Notes: generated by a model not told the origin, from the sequence alone. Shown: positions 40,412 to 50,490, counted from the first letter of the stretch. The stretch: 64,000 bases of DNA from Candidatus Bathyarchaeia archaeon (GCA_049517415.1 JBEKSC010000001.1:64001-128000), one strand, 5' to 3'. Made by a program: numbers and translations.

Positions 40412-40892
40412 AGACGGTATAATCCGGCTTGAAGAACTGCACGCTCTGCACCTCGTGCCCCCACTTGCAAGGCTGAGGGAGAAGCGGCCGATCGTTATGA
40501 TTGAATGCGTTCAAGAGATTCCATGCAACTCATGCGCCATGGCATGCAAACTAGGCGCGATAAGGATGGAAAACGTGAACGCCATCCCAACAATAGACTA
40601 CAATAAATGCATTGGCTGCATTTCCTGCCTCATGGTATGCCCGGGGCAGGCGGTCTTCCTTCTGAAAGTAGCCGAGGGCATGGGGCAGATAACAATGCAA
40701 TACGAATTTCGCTCCGTCCCGGAGATTGGAGATCTGGTTCACGCTCTTGACCGCGACGGCAGAGTGCTTGGCGAAGCAAAGGTGATCCGAGTGTTTCCAG
40801 CTGACCGAAATGATGGAACAGCCCTCATAACGATCCAAGTACCAGAAGACTGGCTGTTTAGCGCAAGGGGCATTGCAGTTGGCGATCCATAA
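40386..40892 (+). CDS. 4Fe-4S ferredoxin subunit of the proline dehydrogenase-like complex
   Basis: IECVQEIPCNSCAMAC, CIGCISCLMVCPGQA, LDRDG. Confidence 0.85.
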   Translation: MEQNQLSIKDGIIRLEELHALHLVPPLARLREKRPIVMIECVQEIPCNSCAMACKLGAIRMENVNAIPTIDYNKCIGCISCLMVCPGQAVFLLKVAEGMGQITMQYEFRSVPEIGDLVHALDRDGRVLGEAKVIRVFPADRNDGTALITIQVPEDWLFSARGIAVGDP

Positions 40893-41158
40893 TGGGCAAG
40901 AAGATAGTTTGTTACTGTGAAGATCTCACCGAGGAGGATTTCCTTAAGGTCATCGAAGAGGGATACGATGACATTGAGAGCCTGAAGAGGTACTCCGGTT
41001 TCTCGACTGGGCCATGCCAAGGAAAAACCTGTATGATGCATGTCCTAAGGTTACTTGCGCAACAGCAGAAGCTGAAACCCACCGAACTCCGTCTGACAAC
41101 TCAGAGACCCCCGGTAGATCCCGTGGCACTGAAAATCCTCGCTAGAGATGAGAAGTAA
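40892..41158 (+). CDS. BFD-like [2Fe-2S] subunit
   Basis: VCYCEDLT, LKR, GPCQGKTC, RPPVDP. Confidence 0.88.
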   Translation: MGKKIVCYCEDLTEEDFLKVIEEGYDDIESLKRYSGFSTGPCQGKTCMMHVLRLLAQQQKLKPTELRLTTQRPPVDPVALKILARDEK

Positions 41159-42243
41159 TGCGAGTCGTGGTCATAGGCGCGGGCATAACCGGGCTTAGCA
41201 TAGGATACAACCTCGCAAAGAGGGGCGTGGATGTCGTAGTATTAGAGGACAGGTATCCGGGAAGTGGAATAAGCGTCAGAGCGATCGGAGGAATCCACTG
41301 CCAATGGGACAACGAGAATGATATTACAATGGCAAAGAAGGGTCGAGAGATACTAAGCAGGTTACCTAACGAACTTGATTTCTTCATACCGTTTCGACGA
41401 GATGGTTACTTGATGGCTGCAACTGAGGAAGAGGAATTCAAACTACTGGAAAAGAATGCAATGCTGCAACGGTCGCTAGGAGTCGATACGGTCACGGTTT
41501 CAGCGGAGCAGATGAGCAAGCGATACCCGTTCCTCGAAACCGATTCAATCGTGGGTGGCACATTTTCCAAAGGAGACGGTGTAGTTCACCCGTTCTCCGT
41601 CGTTTTCGGATATTGGCATGGGCTTGAAGCCAATGGAGGGAAATTATGTAAGTCAACTAAAGTTGGCAAATTGGAGACGGATAGGAATCAGGTTATCGCA
41701 GCGTGGACAAATCAGAACAAGTTCGAGGCGGATGTGTTTGTCTTAGCGGCAGGCGCCGGAACAAGAGAAATCCTGCGCCCGTTGAATCATGAAATCGCAT
41801 CAGAACCAATTAGGCACGAGATGCTAGCTACAGAACCGCTGAGATTTTTCATCAAGCCAATGATACAGCTACGCCCGAATGGCTTGTATCTCAATCAGAG
41901 TATGAGAGGCGAGGTGATATGCAGCGTGGCGCGTCCCAAAGACACTGCTCACGAAGAGAGAAGATCAACCTTAGAGTTTCTTGAATACGCTGCAACTGAG
42001 TTAACCCGTCTAATGCCCTCGACCCGCGGGGTGAAGGTACTGCGTCAGTGGGCTGGTGTGATTGAAACCACACCAAACCTCAGGCCATTTTATGGTAAGA
42101 TTGGGTACGATAACCTATGGGTAGCCTACGGAGATTCTGGCAAGGGGATAATATTCGCTCCCGCAATAGGAGAAATGATCTCGAACTCCATTGTAACCAA
42201 TGAAACCGACCCAGATCTGTTGGACTACAAGAATACGTGCTGA
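41158..42243 (+). CDS. FAD-dependent amino acid oxidoreductase (proline dehydrogenase beta-like, DAO family)
   Basis: IGAGITG, DGVVHP, RQWAG, SGKG.IFAP. Confidence 0.88.
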   Translation: MRVVVIGAGITGLSIGYNLAKRGVDVVVLEDRYPGSGISVRAIGGIHCQWDNENDITMAKKGREILSRLPNELDFFIPFRRDGYLMAATEEEEFKLLEKNAMLQRSLGVDTVTVSAEQMSKRYPFLETDSIVGGTFSKGDGVVHPFSVVFGYWHGLEANGGKLCKSTKVGKLETDRNQVIAAWTNQNKFEADVFVLAAGAGTREILRPLNHEIASEPIRHEMLATEPLRFFIKPMIQLRPNGLYLNQSMRGEVICSVARPKDTAHEERRSTLEFLEYAATELTRLMPSTRGVKVLRQWAGVIETTPNLRPFYGKIGYDNLWVAYGDSGKGIIFAPAIGEMISNSIVTNETDPDLLDYKNTC

Positions 42244-42488
42244 CGCCGTGAATCAAGGAGCGTCTGATGAGCGAGCGGCAATACGTGCATTATCTACTTG
42301 CATTGTCCACGTCAAAGCACTAAAGATAAAGTCCTAGTGCTTGAGGCTGGCACGTGATCCTGTTAAGGAGGGTGACTAGTGAGTAGAGCGAAATGCCTTG
42401 TGACCTTAGATTGCGGTCATGTCGCTACTATCGGTGCTGTGAAGTCCTCGTCGGACAGGTTTGGATGTGAAAAACCGTCGGGTGTGTG

Positions 42489-42812
42489 CTAAGTGTCTGT
42501 CAGCCCAAGAAGTCTAGCGATAACCGAAATTTGAGCTTCTTGTCGTTTGTTCTGTCCGGTAATCTGTTTTGCTTCATCATACTCTTTACGAGCCTGTTCC
42601 ACAGAAGCAATGTGCCTATCAACAATCTCATCTAGAACTGGCTTGTCAGTATCATCAAGACCGGCCATAACTATAATCACAGTTTTGTTCGGAGGAGCCG
42701 TCACGCTACCACTAAAATTTGGAAATCTTCGCTTTATGGCCTCACTTAACTTCGATGTGTTGCATGTCTTACCATAAAAGTAGCTTTGCATCGACAATGC
42801 CCATTTCCACAA
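42489..42812 (-). CDS. Hypothetical protein
   Basis: Open frame of about 100 aa in an AT-richer patch; no recognised motif. Confidence 0.45.
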   Translation of the reverse strand: MWKWALSMQSYFYGKTCNTSKLSEAIKRRFPNFSGSVTAPPNKTVIIVMAGLDDTDKPVLDEIVDRHIASVEQARKEYDEAKQITGQNKRQEAQISVIARLLGLTDT

Positions 42813-43192
42813 TACGGAGACTTGCTTAAGAAATCATCCAGTCAAGTTCTCTCAACGGCTATTTCTCATATATTTCTGTCCTTGCTTTCTTGGTTCTGTT
42901 CTCTACGGACGACTTTTTTTGCAGTCTGAATTAAGTCGTCAATTTCGTTCCGTTTGCCGTTACCAAGTAGCTCCCGCTATGGAAAGGAAAGCTAGCAAAG
43001 TATATTCAGAAAAGAATGCAGACATAGACGACCCTCGACCTTAGCCCAGCTGCTGTTCTGTGACGTGAAATTATTCTCGGACTGGATCAACTGATGAGCG
43101 ATTTGATTTCCAGAAAGAGTTTTCCAAGGCTCGGTCCTGTCTCGGTTGAATTGGTCTAGTGGGAACAATCTTTCTGGTCACTAACTATGGAT

Positions 43193-43681
43193 TTAGGATG
43201 GAAGACCGCCCTTTGCCTTTGAATATAATTCCTCAAGCCAGATTTGGTGGTATTTTTCCATGTTGTTAGGTCTAAATAGTTTGTTGAGTTTGGCTAGAAT
43301 GCCTTTCTGGTTTTCTTCTGTCAGAATATAGCAACCAGACTCTCTCTTTTCTATCAGCCATGCATGATAAGCGTCTATCCCGATGCCATGTGCAGTCCAG
43401 GCCAGGCGTTCATTTGGGACAAATTCCTCGACCTTTGATTCAAGGTTCAGGCCAAAGGTCTTCCACTTGAATTTGGTGCCGAGGTGCAGGTCTGGTTTTC
43501 CATCATCCATAATTACATTGGCAGAATTGCCGTACCATGTTGGCCATAGTTTTGCTCTGATTAGCCATGCCCACACTATATCAGCAGATACTGACATCTC
43601 CAATTCGTTACTTACATGCACATCCACATTGTTTTGGCTATATTGTTCCGGCCATTTTATTGACCTAGAATCTTTATCCAA
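43193..43681 (-). CDS. SRPBCC/polyketide cyclase-like protein
   Basis: VWAWLIRAKLWPTWY, FKWKTFG, AYHAWLI, HQIWLEEL. Confidence 0.85.
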   Translation of the reverse strand: MDKDSRSIKWPEQYSQNNVDVHVSNELEMSVSADIVWAWLIRAKLWPTWYGNSANVIMDDGKPDLHLGTKFKWKTFGLNLESKVEEFVPNERLAWTAHGIGIDAYHAWLIEKRESGCYILTEENQKGILAKLNKLFRPNNMEKYHQIWLEELYSKAKGGLPS

Positions 43682-43844
43682 ATTACCACCATAAAATTTG
43701 TATTAGCATTTAATACAGAAGTTAAATCTTATAAAAGTCTCTAGTCCAGTTGGAGAGACCTCGTCGATGTGCATGGCGTCTTCAGGTTCTATTTCATCGT
43801 AAGTAACTACTCTCAAACCAAAACCGCCTCGCTGCCCGGTTCAG

Positions 43845-44015
43845 TCATCGTTGGCTAGATCTGCTGGGACGGGAATATTCCCTCCTGGAACCTGAATCTT
43901 GTGGGACGCTGCCTTGCTTCCCGCACCAGGATTGATGAAGATCGTAGAGGCGCTTTCCTTCCGCATCGTTTGTGAATTTAGCCCCGCACCGGCAGACAGT
44001 GTATTCCTCAGACAA
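43845..44015 (-). CDS. Small putative zinc-finger protein
   Basis: VCRCGAKF...YDLHQSWC (CxC...HxxxC); TTG start proposed. Confidence 0.5.
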   Translation of the reverse strand: MSEEYTVCRCGAKFTNDAEGKRLYDLHQSWCGKQGSVPQDSGSRREYSRPSRSSQR

Positions 44016-44105
44016 AGAACAGCCAGCACCTAGCCGAGGAAACAACGTTAACGTAACTGTAAAAGGTTAAGCCGCATCCTCCAATCTGAATGTTCAGGGC
44101 CAAAG

Positions 44106-44501
44106 ATGCCATCATTTGTTGTTCATGAACACTGGGCGACGGCCCACCATTTCGATTTCCGTTTGGAAATGGACGGCGTTCTGAAATCGTGGGCTGTCCC
44201 CAAAGGGCCTCCACTAGAGGCTGGGATCAAACGTCTCGCGGTAGCGGTGGATGACCATCCGATCGATTACGGCTCATTCGAGGGAACTATTCCGGAAGGT
44301 GGGTACGGCGCTGGAAAAGTAGTGATTTGGGACAAGGGAGAATACACTCTCATCGAACGAGGACCCCGTTTGCTACGCCTCGAACTTCACGGGAACAAGC
44401 TGAAGAGCGAGTATGCACTCGTCTACTTCAAAGAAGAACGTGGCCAAGCACAGTGGCTACTATTGAGAAAAAGTGTGGTAAGCTCCTCGAAGCGGAAATA
44501 A
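44106..44501 (+). CDS. Stand-alone LigD 3'-phosphoesterase (PE) domain
   Basis: FVVHEHWA..HFDFRLE.DGVLKSWAVPKGP, DHPIDY..FEG.IP..YGAGKV.IWDKG. Confidence 0.93.
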   Translation: MPSFVVHEHWATAHHFDFRLEMDGVLKSWAVPKGPPLEAGIKRLAVAVDDHPIDYGSFEGTIPEGGYGAGKVVIWDKGEYTLIERGPRLLRLELHGNKLKSEYALVYFKEERGQAQWLLLRKSVVSSSKRK

Positions 44502-44629
44502 AGATAGGGATTGTTCGCTCCAACCAGCCCAATTATGAGGGTAGCTTTCTCAAGAAGCGTATTTTCGATCTTGAACCGCTGCTCGGAGCACTAAAAACAA
44601 AGTGAAAGGGCGTTAGGTTGCGAGAGAGC

Positions 44630-44935
44630 TCAACCGAACAACGCGCCGAGGCCGGCTAATGCTTCTTCTCCTTTCTTTTTCTCGTCTTCTGCTCCTTCCT
44701 TCTTGTCCTTCTTTCCTTCAGCTGGGGCTGCGGCTGCAGGTGCTGCGGCCACCGGCATTGCTTGCGCGGCCTTTAGGGCGTCGTCTATCTTGATTTCTGA
44801 GAGCGCCGCGACTAGGGCCTTAACTCTTGGCTCATCAGTCTTGACTCCGGCTGCTGTTAGAACTTTCTTTACACCATCTTCAGTTATTTTGCCGCCTGCT
44901 GAATGTAGCAGAAGAGCAGCGTAGACGTATTCCAT
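44630..44935 (-). CDS. rpl12: Ribosomal stalk protein P1/L12
   Basis: [11 protein letters not shown]...GLGALFG. Confidence 0.97.
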   Translation of the reverse strand: MEYVYAALLLHSAGGKITEDGVKKVLTAAGVKTDEPRVKALVAALSEIKIDDALKAAQAMPVAAAPAAAAPAEGKKDKKEGAEDEKKKGEEALAGLGALFG

Positions 44936-44987
44936 TTTTCACACCGAATTTTGACAGGATTCCTGTGCTTACCCGAAGTCCCTCTTT

Positions 44988-45935
44988 TCAACCTTTTCCT
45001 TCAGCGGATGCAGGTGCCGGGGGACCTGGTTGCTCTTTCGTCTCGCTCGCAGTTGACGGAGGCGTGATTGCTTCAGGCTTCACAGCAGCAATCGCTGAGG
45101 ACAATGCATTCATGTTCGCGTAGGCCTTCTGGATGATAAAGTCCGCAGTTTGTTTCGTAAAGAAGCCTGACTCGACGCTGACGGCAACCGCCTGCCGATA
45201 CGCTTTCGAGATAATTATAGGCGCAGTCTCCGGTAACATGATGTTTGCCTCAACCGCCACGCCCAACGCCATCCTCGCGGCTGAGGAGAAATCAGACTTC
45301 ATTTGGTCAAGGTCAAAGATGAGATCGTTCGGGCCGAGAACTGATCCGTTATCGTAAGCATATGAGAGCGCTAACCCCGCTTCCATCGGTTTCATTCCAA
45401 GCTTCGACAGAAGTGAGGCGGTCTTAACTGGAATCACTTCTCCTTTCTCAACAACGACAGTGTCCTTTGCAACGAAGATACTGCCGCCCTCGATCCGTGT
45501 TTGAACCTTAGCCTCGTTGAACTCGCTAATCACCGGACCGGGCTGTATTCCCGTGTTGCCGGCTGGAATCATAATATCGCTTGTCGCCACATCTCCGCCC
45601 TTTGCTGGAACCCTGACTTTGTTCTTGTTGAGAAAGATAATGAGTTCAAAGGGGTTCATTTGCGTGAAAATTAGAACCTTGGATCCGGTCAACGAATCTG
45701 CAAAGTTATCAATACCTTTCTTTTCACCGGCGATCTTCTCGCTGGCTTTGCGTAGAATCGTATTCTTCGCGACAATTAGGTCCGCCTTGCCACGCAGCTT
45801 CTTCCGAATCTCTTGTATTTGCGATGAGCGTACTTTCTGCAGGTCGGCGACGGCTATAACTGAGTATTCGTTAAGCAGTTTCGTTAGGTCTTCGTAAATT
45901 TCCTTTTTCCAAACCGCGACCTGCTGAGCTAGCAT
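44988..45935 (-). CDS. rpl10: Ribosomal protein uL10/P0
   Basis: IRKKLRG, KNT, NPF, GNTGIQPGP, LSKLGMKP. Confidence 0.95.
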   Translation of the reverse strand: MLAQQVAVWKKEIYEDLTKLLNEYSVIAVADLQKVRSSQIQEIRKKLRGKADLIVAKNTILRKASEKIAGEKKGIDNFADSLTGSKVLIFTQMNPFELIIFLNKNKVRVPAKGGDVATSDIMIPAGNTGIQPGPVISEFNEAKVQTRIEGGSIFVAKDTVVVEKGEVIPVKTASLLSKLGMKPMEAGLALSYAYDNGSVLGPNDLIFDLDQMKSDFSSAARMALGVAVEANIMLPETAPIIISKAYRQAVAVSVESGFFTKQTADFIIQKAYANMNALSSAIAAVKPEAITPPSTASETKEQPGPPAPASAEGKG

Positions 45936-45941
45936 TAATCA

Positions 45942-46610
45942 TCACTTCGTCAGGGTGATCTTTACCGGTTTGCTCATCGTTGCCTTAATGAGTATTTCAC
46001 CAACATTCTTGAAACCCCGCTCGAGCTTCTGTTCAATTCGGGAAACTACCGCCTGGATATTCTCCACTAGCTTCTCGTCCGGCATAGCTTCCGTCCCAAC
46101 CCTACACTGGAGGACGGGCTGTTCTCGCATTCGAACCCGAACCATCTTGCGGTGGCCGGAGATGATTTGATCAATAGCCGCGTTAGGCGGGACTGGTGTG
46201 GGCATCTTGCCCCTTGGGCCAAGGAATGACCCCAGGGCCTTTCCTACGAGGGGCATTAGGGGGGCTTCGGCGATGAAGAAATCATAATCTTGAGCTAACT
46301 TCCGAGCCGATTTCTTGTCCTTGCTCAAGTTATCCATCTCCTGCCTGGTAACCAGCATGTCTGCGCCAGCCGCTTTTGCCCTGGTTCCCAAATCCCCTGA
46401 CGCTATCACGCAAACCTTCAGTGCCTTATCCGGTGGATTCGGCAACGTAATTGTTTCATTGATCCTGTTTTCGGGCCTCTTTAGGTCAACTTCTCGGAGG
46501 CGAACAACCAAATCGATGGATTGTGAGAACTTTCTCTTAGTTAGATTCTTACGTAGCTCACCGAGTGCCCTAGCAATTTCATCCTTGGCAAGTGGCAATG
46601 AGGGGACCAT
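45942..46610 (-). CDS. rpl1: Ribosomal protein uL1
   Basis: RKFSQSIDL, LGPRGKMPTP, TMSKP. Confidence 0.96.
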   Translation of the reverse strand: MVPSLPLAKDEIARALGELRKNLTKRKFSQSIDLVVRLREVDLKRPENRINETITLPNPPDKALKVCVIASGDLGTRAKAAGADMLVTRQEMDNLSKDKKSARKLAQDYDFFIAEAPLMPLVGKALGSFLGPRGKMPTPVPPNAAIDQIISGHRKMVRVRMREQPVLQCRVGTEAMPDEKLVENIQAVVSRIEQKLERGFKNVGEILIKATMSKPVKITLTK

Positions 46611-46728
46611 CTAGTCAAATTTCTAAGGCGTCAATCCCCCTGCCTAATAAAAACGTTTTCAGCGCGGCCACTTGTTTCGCGACCTTCAGATTAATAGCGG
46701 ACACCGATGCCATAAGGCGAGGTCACGA

Positions 46729-46941
46729 ATGTCAGAAGTGAAGAAGTTCAAGATTACAGGCGAGATCAGGAAGGGACAAAGCAGAATCCCGTTTTCCGTC
46801 GAATTCAACGCGCTGAAAGAGGAAGACGCCGTCCAGCGTCTTTATTCTGAGATGGGCAGCAGACACCGCGCTAGAAGATTTGAAGTTAAGATAGCGAAAA
46901 TCCAATCCGCCCTCCTAGAGGCGGCGCAGGCTAAGGAATAG
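46729..46941 (+). CDS. rpl18a: Ribosomal protein eL20 (L18Ae/LX)
   Basis: VKKFKITG, YSEMGSRHR. Confidence 0.9.
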   Translation: MSEVKKFKITGEIRKGQSRIPFSVEFNALKEEDAVQRLYSEMGSRHRARRFEVKIAKIQSALLEAAQAKE

Positions 46942-46943
46942 GA

Positions 46944-47396
46944 ATGTCATCCCCCCAACCAAGGGCAGAAGACATAGTCAGGCAACTGGCCACCGAGATT
47001 CGTATCTTAGAAGGATCCATCGGGGCTCTTCAATCCAGACTTAATTTCGTCCGAGCAGCGATCAGCGAAGTTACCTTAGCATTCAACACCCTCGATGGCC
47101 TGAAGAATCTACAGGACGGCGATTCCACGCTCGTCCCGGTCGGAGCCGGCTCATACGTGAGAATGAAAATTGCGGATTCCAAGAAGTTGATTATGGGTAT
47201 AGGAGCAGGAGCCGCGATGGAGAAAGACGTGGGAACCTCCGTTGGCGAGCTGAAAGGTAGACTTGAGGAATTAGATAAAGCAAGAACATCTATTCAACAA
47301 CAATTAGACCAAACCATTGGCCGATACCAACAAGACCGCGATGCCCTCGAGGAACTCCTAAGACGCCAGGGGACAACAGAACAGGCTCCGAGCTGA
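46944..47396 (+). CDS. pfdA: Prefoldin alpha subunit
   Basis: LVPVGAGSY, IGAG, coiled-coil flanks. Confidence 0.93.
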   Translation: MSSPQPRAEDIVRQLATEIRILEGSIGALQSRLNFVRAAISEVTLAFNTLDGLKNLQDGDSTLVPVGAGSYVRMKIADSKKLIMGIGAGAAMEKDVGTSVGELKGRLEELDKARTSIQQQLDQTIGRYQQDRDALEELLRRQGTTEQAPS

Positions 47397-47476
47397 GTTT
47401 AGATGCGAAGTCCTGAAATCTCCGCTTAACCCTGCGGGAGACAAAACTTAGTCACGGTTCTCATCAGTGACATAAG

Positions 47477-48382
47477 GTGTTCGAGAAACTCAAATCAGGC
47501 GTCAATAGCCTAGTTCAGAAGATTTCGCAGAAAGAACTGTCTGATCAAGACATCTCAAAGGTTCTCGATGAGTTTCTGTTGTCCTTAGTCGAGAATAATG
47601 TTGCCTACTCGGTGGCCAAGCAGATATGCGACAACTTACATGAGAAACTCAAAGCAACACAATTTCGACGGTTCACAGACTCAACGCAACCAGCTAAGGA
47701 GGTGCTGCGGGAGGTCTTGCTTGACTTATTGAAGGGAAGCGGCGAGGAATCCTTCTACAAGGTTCTCAATGAAAGCAAAAGTGTCCACAAACCGGCCATC
47801 ATACTTTTCGTGGGAGTTAACGGGACCGGTAAGACGAGTTCCATCGCGAAGGTAGGTCATCTATTGCTTCGGAAGGGTTTCTCAGTCGTCGTGGCTGCCG
47901 CAGACACTTACCGGACTGGTTCTATAGAGCAGATTGAGGAGCACGCTCGGCGAATCGGAATCAAGACTATCAAGCATGATTATGGCGCTGACGCTGCTGC
48001 GGTAGCATTCGACGCTGTGAATTATGCGATCGCACACGGCATTAACGTTGTCTTGATTGATACGGCTGGTAGAATGCAAACAAACAAGAACCTCTTGGAA
48101 GAAATGAAGAAAATTGCTCGAGTGGCCAAGCCGAACCTGACAATCCTTGTTGTCGACTCACTCACCGGTAACGATGCGGTTGAGCAAGGAAAATCCTTCT
48201 CGAACGCCGTGAACATCGACGGTGTCGTGCTGACCAAGTTGGACGCTGACGCAAAGGGTGGTAGCGCCATTTCTATTGCCGCCATCATGGGCAAGCCGAT
48301 CTTCTTTGCAACCGTCGGGCAGAATTATGAGGACTTGGTCTCCTTCGAACCTGAACAAATGGTTGAGAAAATCATAAGTTGA
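47477..48382 (+). CDS. ftsY: SRP receptor GTPase
   Basis: GVNGTGKTS, DTAGR, TKLDADAKGG, GQNYEDL. Confidence 0.96.
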   Translation: MFEKLKSGVNSLVQKISQKELSDQDISKVLDEFLLSLVENNVAYSVAKQICDNLHEKLKATQFRRFTDSTQPAKEVLREVLLDLLKGSGEESFYKVLNESKSVHKPAIILFVGVNGTGKTSSIAKVGHLLLRKGFSVVVAAADTYRTGSIEQIEEHARRIGIKTIKHDYGADAAAVAFDAVNYAIAHGINVVLIDTAGRMQTNKNLLEEMKKIARVAKPNLTILVVDSLTGNDAVEQGKSFSNAVNIDGVVLTKLDADAKGGSAISIAAIMGKPIFFATVGQNYEDLVSFEPEQMVEKIIS

Positions 48383-48394
48383 AGCTGGCATGAG

Positions 48395-49198
48395 TTGACG
48401 GTTCTCATTGCCGCCTCCAAGCGTGACGTAGCAGCTCAAAACATCGCACGAGAGCTAATTCGGCTGAAAGGTTTTCAACCGGCCTCAGGTGTTCCTGACC
48501 TATTTCAAAACGGCAATGTCTACTTGAAACTCGTGGAATCCGATGGCATATACACCGATAGCCTAGGCGTCGATTCAAGACCAGAAGTTGTTATCTTCGC
48601 TTCGAGGCATAGAAGCGAGAGCGGCGAACCAGCGCTAACGGTCCATTGGACTGGGAATAGTACAAGTCGTGCTGATTTCGGCGGCAAGCCCAAGAGCCTG
48701 TCCTTTGCAGACCCTCCTCGATTACGCGCAGCGTTGTTGGGGTTGGATAAAGCGCGTGAAGCTTTGAAGTTGAATTACGCAGTAACCCTTGAGGCTACTC
48801 ACCATGGACCAACCGAGCTGGGAGTTCCAACGCTTTTCGTGGAATTAGGTAGCACGGAGAAAGAATGGAATGATCCGCTGGCCGCTGTAGCGGCTAGTGA
48901 AGCCATATGGGAGGCTGCAGTGGCCCCGGTAAGAGGAACGGCGGCTGTTGGTTTTGGAGGGGGACACTACTGCAACAAGCAATGCATCGCGGTTAGGAAT
49001 GATAACTACGCTTTCAGCCATATCTTCTCCAAGTATTTCTTTGAAGATTACGATGAACGAATGGTTCAGTTGGCGTTTGAGCGCACAATTGGAGAATGCC
49101 GCAGCGCCGTTGTCGATTGGAAAGGTATCCGCGGCGCGGAGCGATCGAAGCTCGTAGAAACCCTGAAACGGCTGCACATCGACGTTGTTCGTGTTTAA
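48395..49198 (+). CDS. dtdA: Archaeal D-aminoacyl-tRNA deacylase (DTD2)
   Basis: SRHRS, LTVH.TGN, EATHHGP, FVELGS, GFGGGHY. Confidence 0.92.
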   Translation: MTVLIAASKRDVAAQNIARELIRLKGFQPASGVPDLFQNGNVYLKLVESDGIYTDSLGVDSRPEVVIFASRHRSESGEPALTVHWTGNSTSRADFGGKPKSLSFADPPRLRAALLGLDKAREALKLNYAVTLEATHHGPTELGVPTLFVELGSTEKEWNDPLAAVAASEAIWEAAVAPVRGTAAVGFGGGHYCNKQCIAVRNDNYAFSHIFSKYFFEDYDERMVQLAFERTIGECRSAVVDWKGIRGAERSKLVETLKRLHIDVVRV

Positions 49199-49305
49199 CT
49201 CAAAGAATTGAATCCAACACGCTCTTATTTTCAAAGGTTAAAATAGCTGGCTTTTCACTTCAATCAACTTGATTCAAGAGCCAACTATCTAGAAGGATAT
49301 ACGAT

Positions 49306-49512
49306 ATGAACGCACGCGAATTCCTGGATTCATCGAAAAGGCTTGTGCACGTCACCACGAAACCTTCACGGGATGAAATTTCGTTGATGGTAAAGATTAG
49401 TTTCCTAGGAGTTGCTATCGTGGGTTCACTTGGATTCGTAATTCGAGTACTCTTTCTGTTCTTCAACCTATTGCCGCAAACACAGACTGGCGCCACCGGA
49501 GCCACTCCTTGA
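49306..49512 (+). CDS. secE: Preprotein translocase SecE/Sec61-gamma
   Basis: KPSRDE + TM helix; precedes spt5. Confidence 0.9.
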   Translation: MNAREFLDSSKRLVHVTTKPSRDEISLMVKISFLGVAIVGSLGFVIRVLFLFFNLLPQTQTGATGATP

Positions 49513-50006
49513 TGAGCACCGAACACAAGATGCTCATCTACGCTGTCCGAACAACAAGTGGCCAGGAAAGGACGGTTGTAGACCTCGTCTCGTCAAGAAT
49601 TGGCCTGAAGAAACTGCCCATCGCCAGCGTCTTGGCCCCAGATATGGTCAAGGGGTACATCTTCGTCGAATCAGCAGGACCTCACTATGTGGACGACTTG
49701 ATTGCCGGCGTTCGGCATGCCCGAGCACGTACGAAAGGCGTCATATCGGCCGAAGCCCTTGACAGGTTCATCGTCAGCAAGCCCGTCATTGAAGACCTAC
49801 GGAATAATGATTCAGTAGAAGTGATCAGTGGACCTTTCCGTGGGCTGAAAGCGCGAATCACGAATGTTGACAAACTCAAGGAAGAGGTAACCATAGAGCT
49901 CTTGGAAGAGGGATTCGCAACCCTTCCGATCACCGTGCACGCGGATTACGTGAAACTAGTTAGCAGAGGCAGTGTGGCTGAAGTTGGGCGACAAGAAGCA
50001 AGTTGA
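49509..50006 (+). CDS. spt5: Transcription elongation factor Spt5/NusG
   Basis: TTSGQE, KGYIFVE, KOW GPFRG. Confidence 0.95.
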   Translation: MMSTEHKMLIYAVRTTSGQERTVVDLVSSRIGLKKLPIASVLAPDMVKGYIFVESAGPHYVDDLIAGVRHARARTKGVISAEALDRFIVSKPVIEDLRNNDSVEVISGPFRGLKARITNVDKLKEEVTIELLEEGFATLPITVHADYVKLVSRGSVAEVGRQEAS

Positions 50007-50475
50007 AGCATTACTGAACGGTGGAGAAGCCAACGCCGGTCCACCACTAGGACCAGCATTGGGACCACTCGGAGTAAACGTGCTTCAGATCGTTAACAAG
50101 ATCAATGAGATGACTAAGGCATATTCTGGTATGAAGGTCCCCGTCCGCGTCGTCGTGGACGTTGAAACGAAGGAATTTGAAGTCGAGATTGGGACGCCTA
50201 CCACGTCAGCCCTAGTAGTGAAGGAACTTGGGATCGCGAAGGGGTCAGGCAATCCCAAAGCTGAGAAGGTGGGTAACCTCACGATGGACCAAGTGGCCAA
50301 AATTGCTGCGATGAAAATGCCAAGCAGCTACGCAAAATCTGTTAGGACGGCCGCTAAAGAGGTAATGGGAACTTGCGTCAGCCTCGGAATCACAATTGAA
50401 GGAAAAGACCCACGCGATGTCCAGAAGGAATTGGACCAAGGAAAGTGGGATCAAGTCTTCAAGACGGCAAGCTAA
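49984..50475 (+). CDS. rpl11: Ribosomal protein uL11
   Basis: GPPLGPALGPLG, GMKVPV, GTCVSLG. Confidence 0.96.
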   Translation: MGDKKQVEALLNGGEANAGPPLGPALGPLGVNVLQIVNKINEMTKAYSGMKVPVRVVVDVETKEFEVEIGTPTTSALVVKELGIAKGSGNPKAEKVGNLTMDQVAKIAAMKMPSSYAKSVRTAAKEVMGTCVSLGITIEGKDPRDVQKELDQGKWDQVFKTAS

Positions 50476-50490
50476 CCGCATTAGATACTT

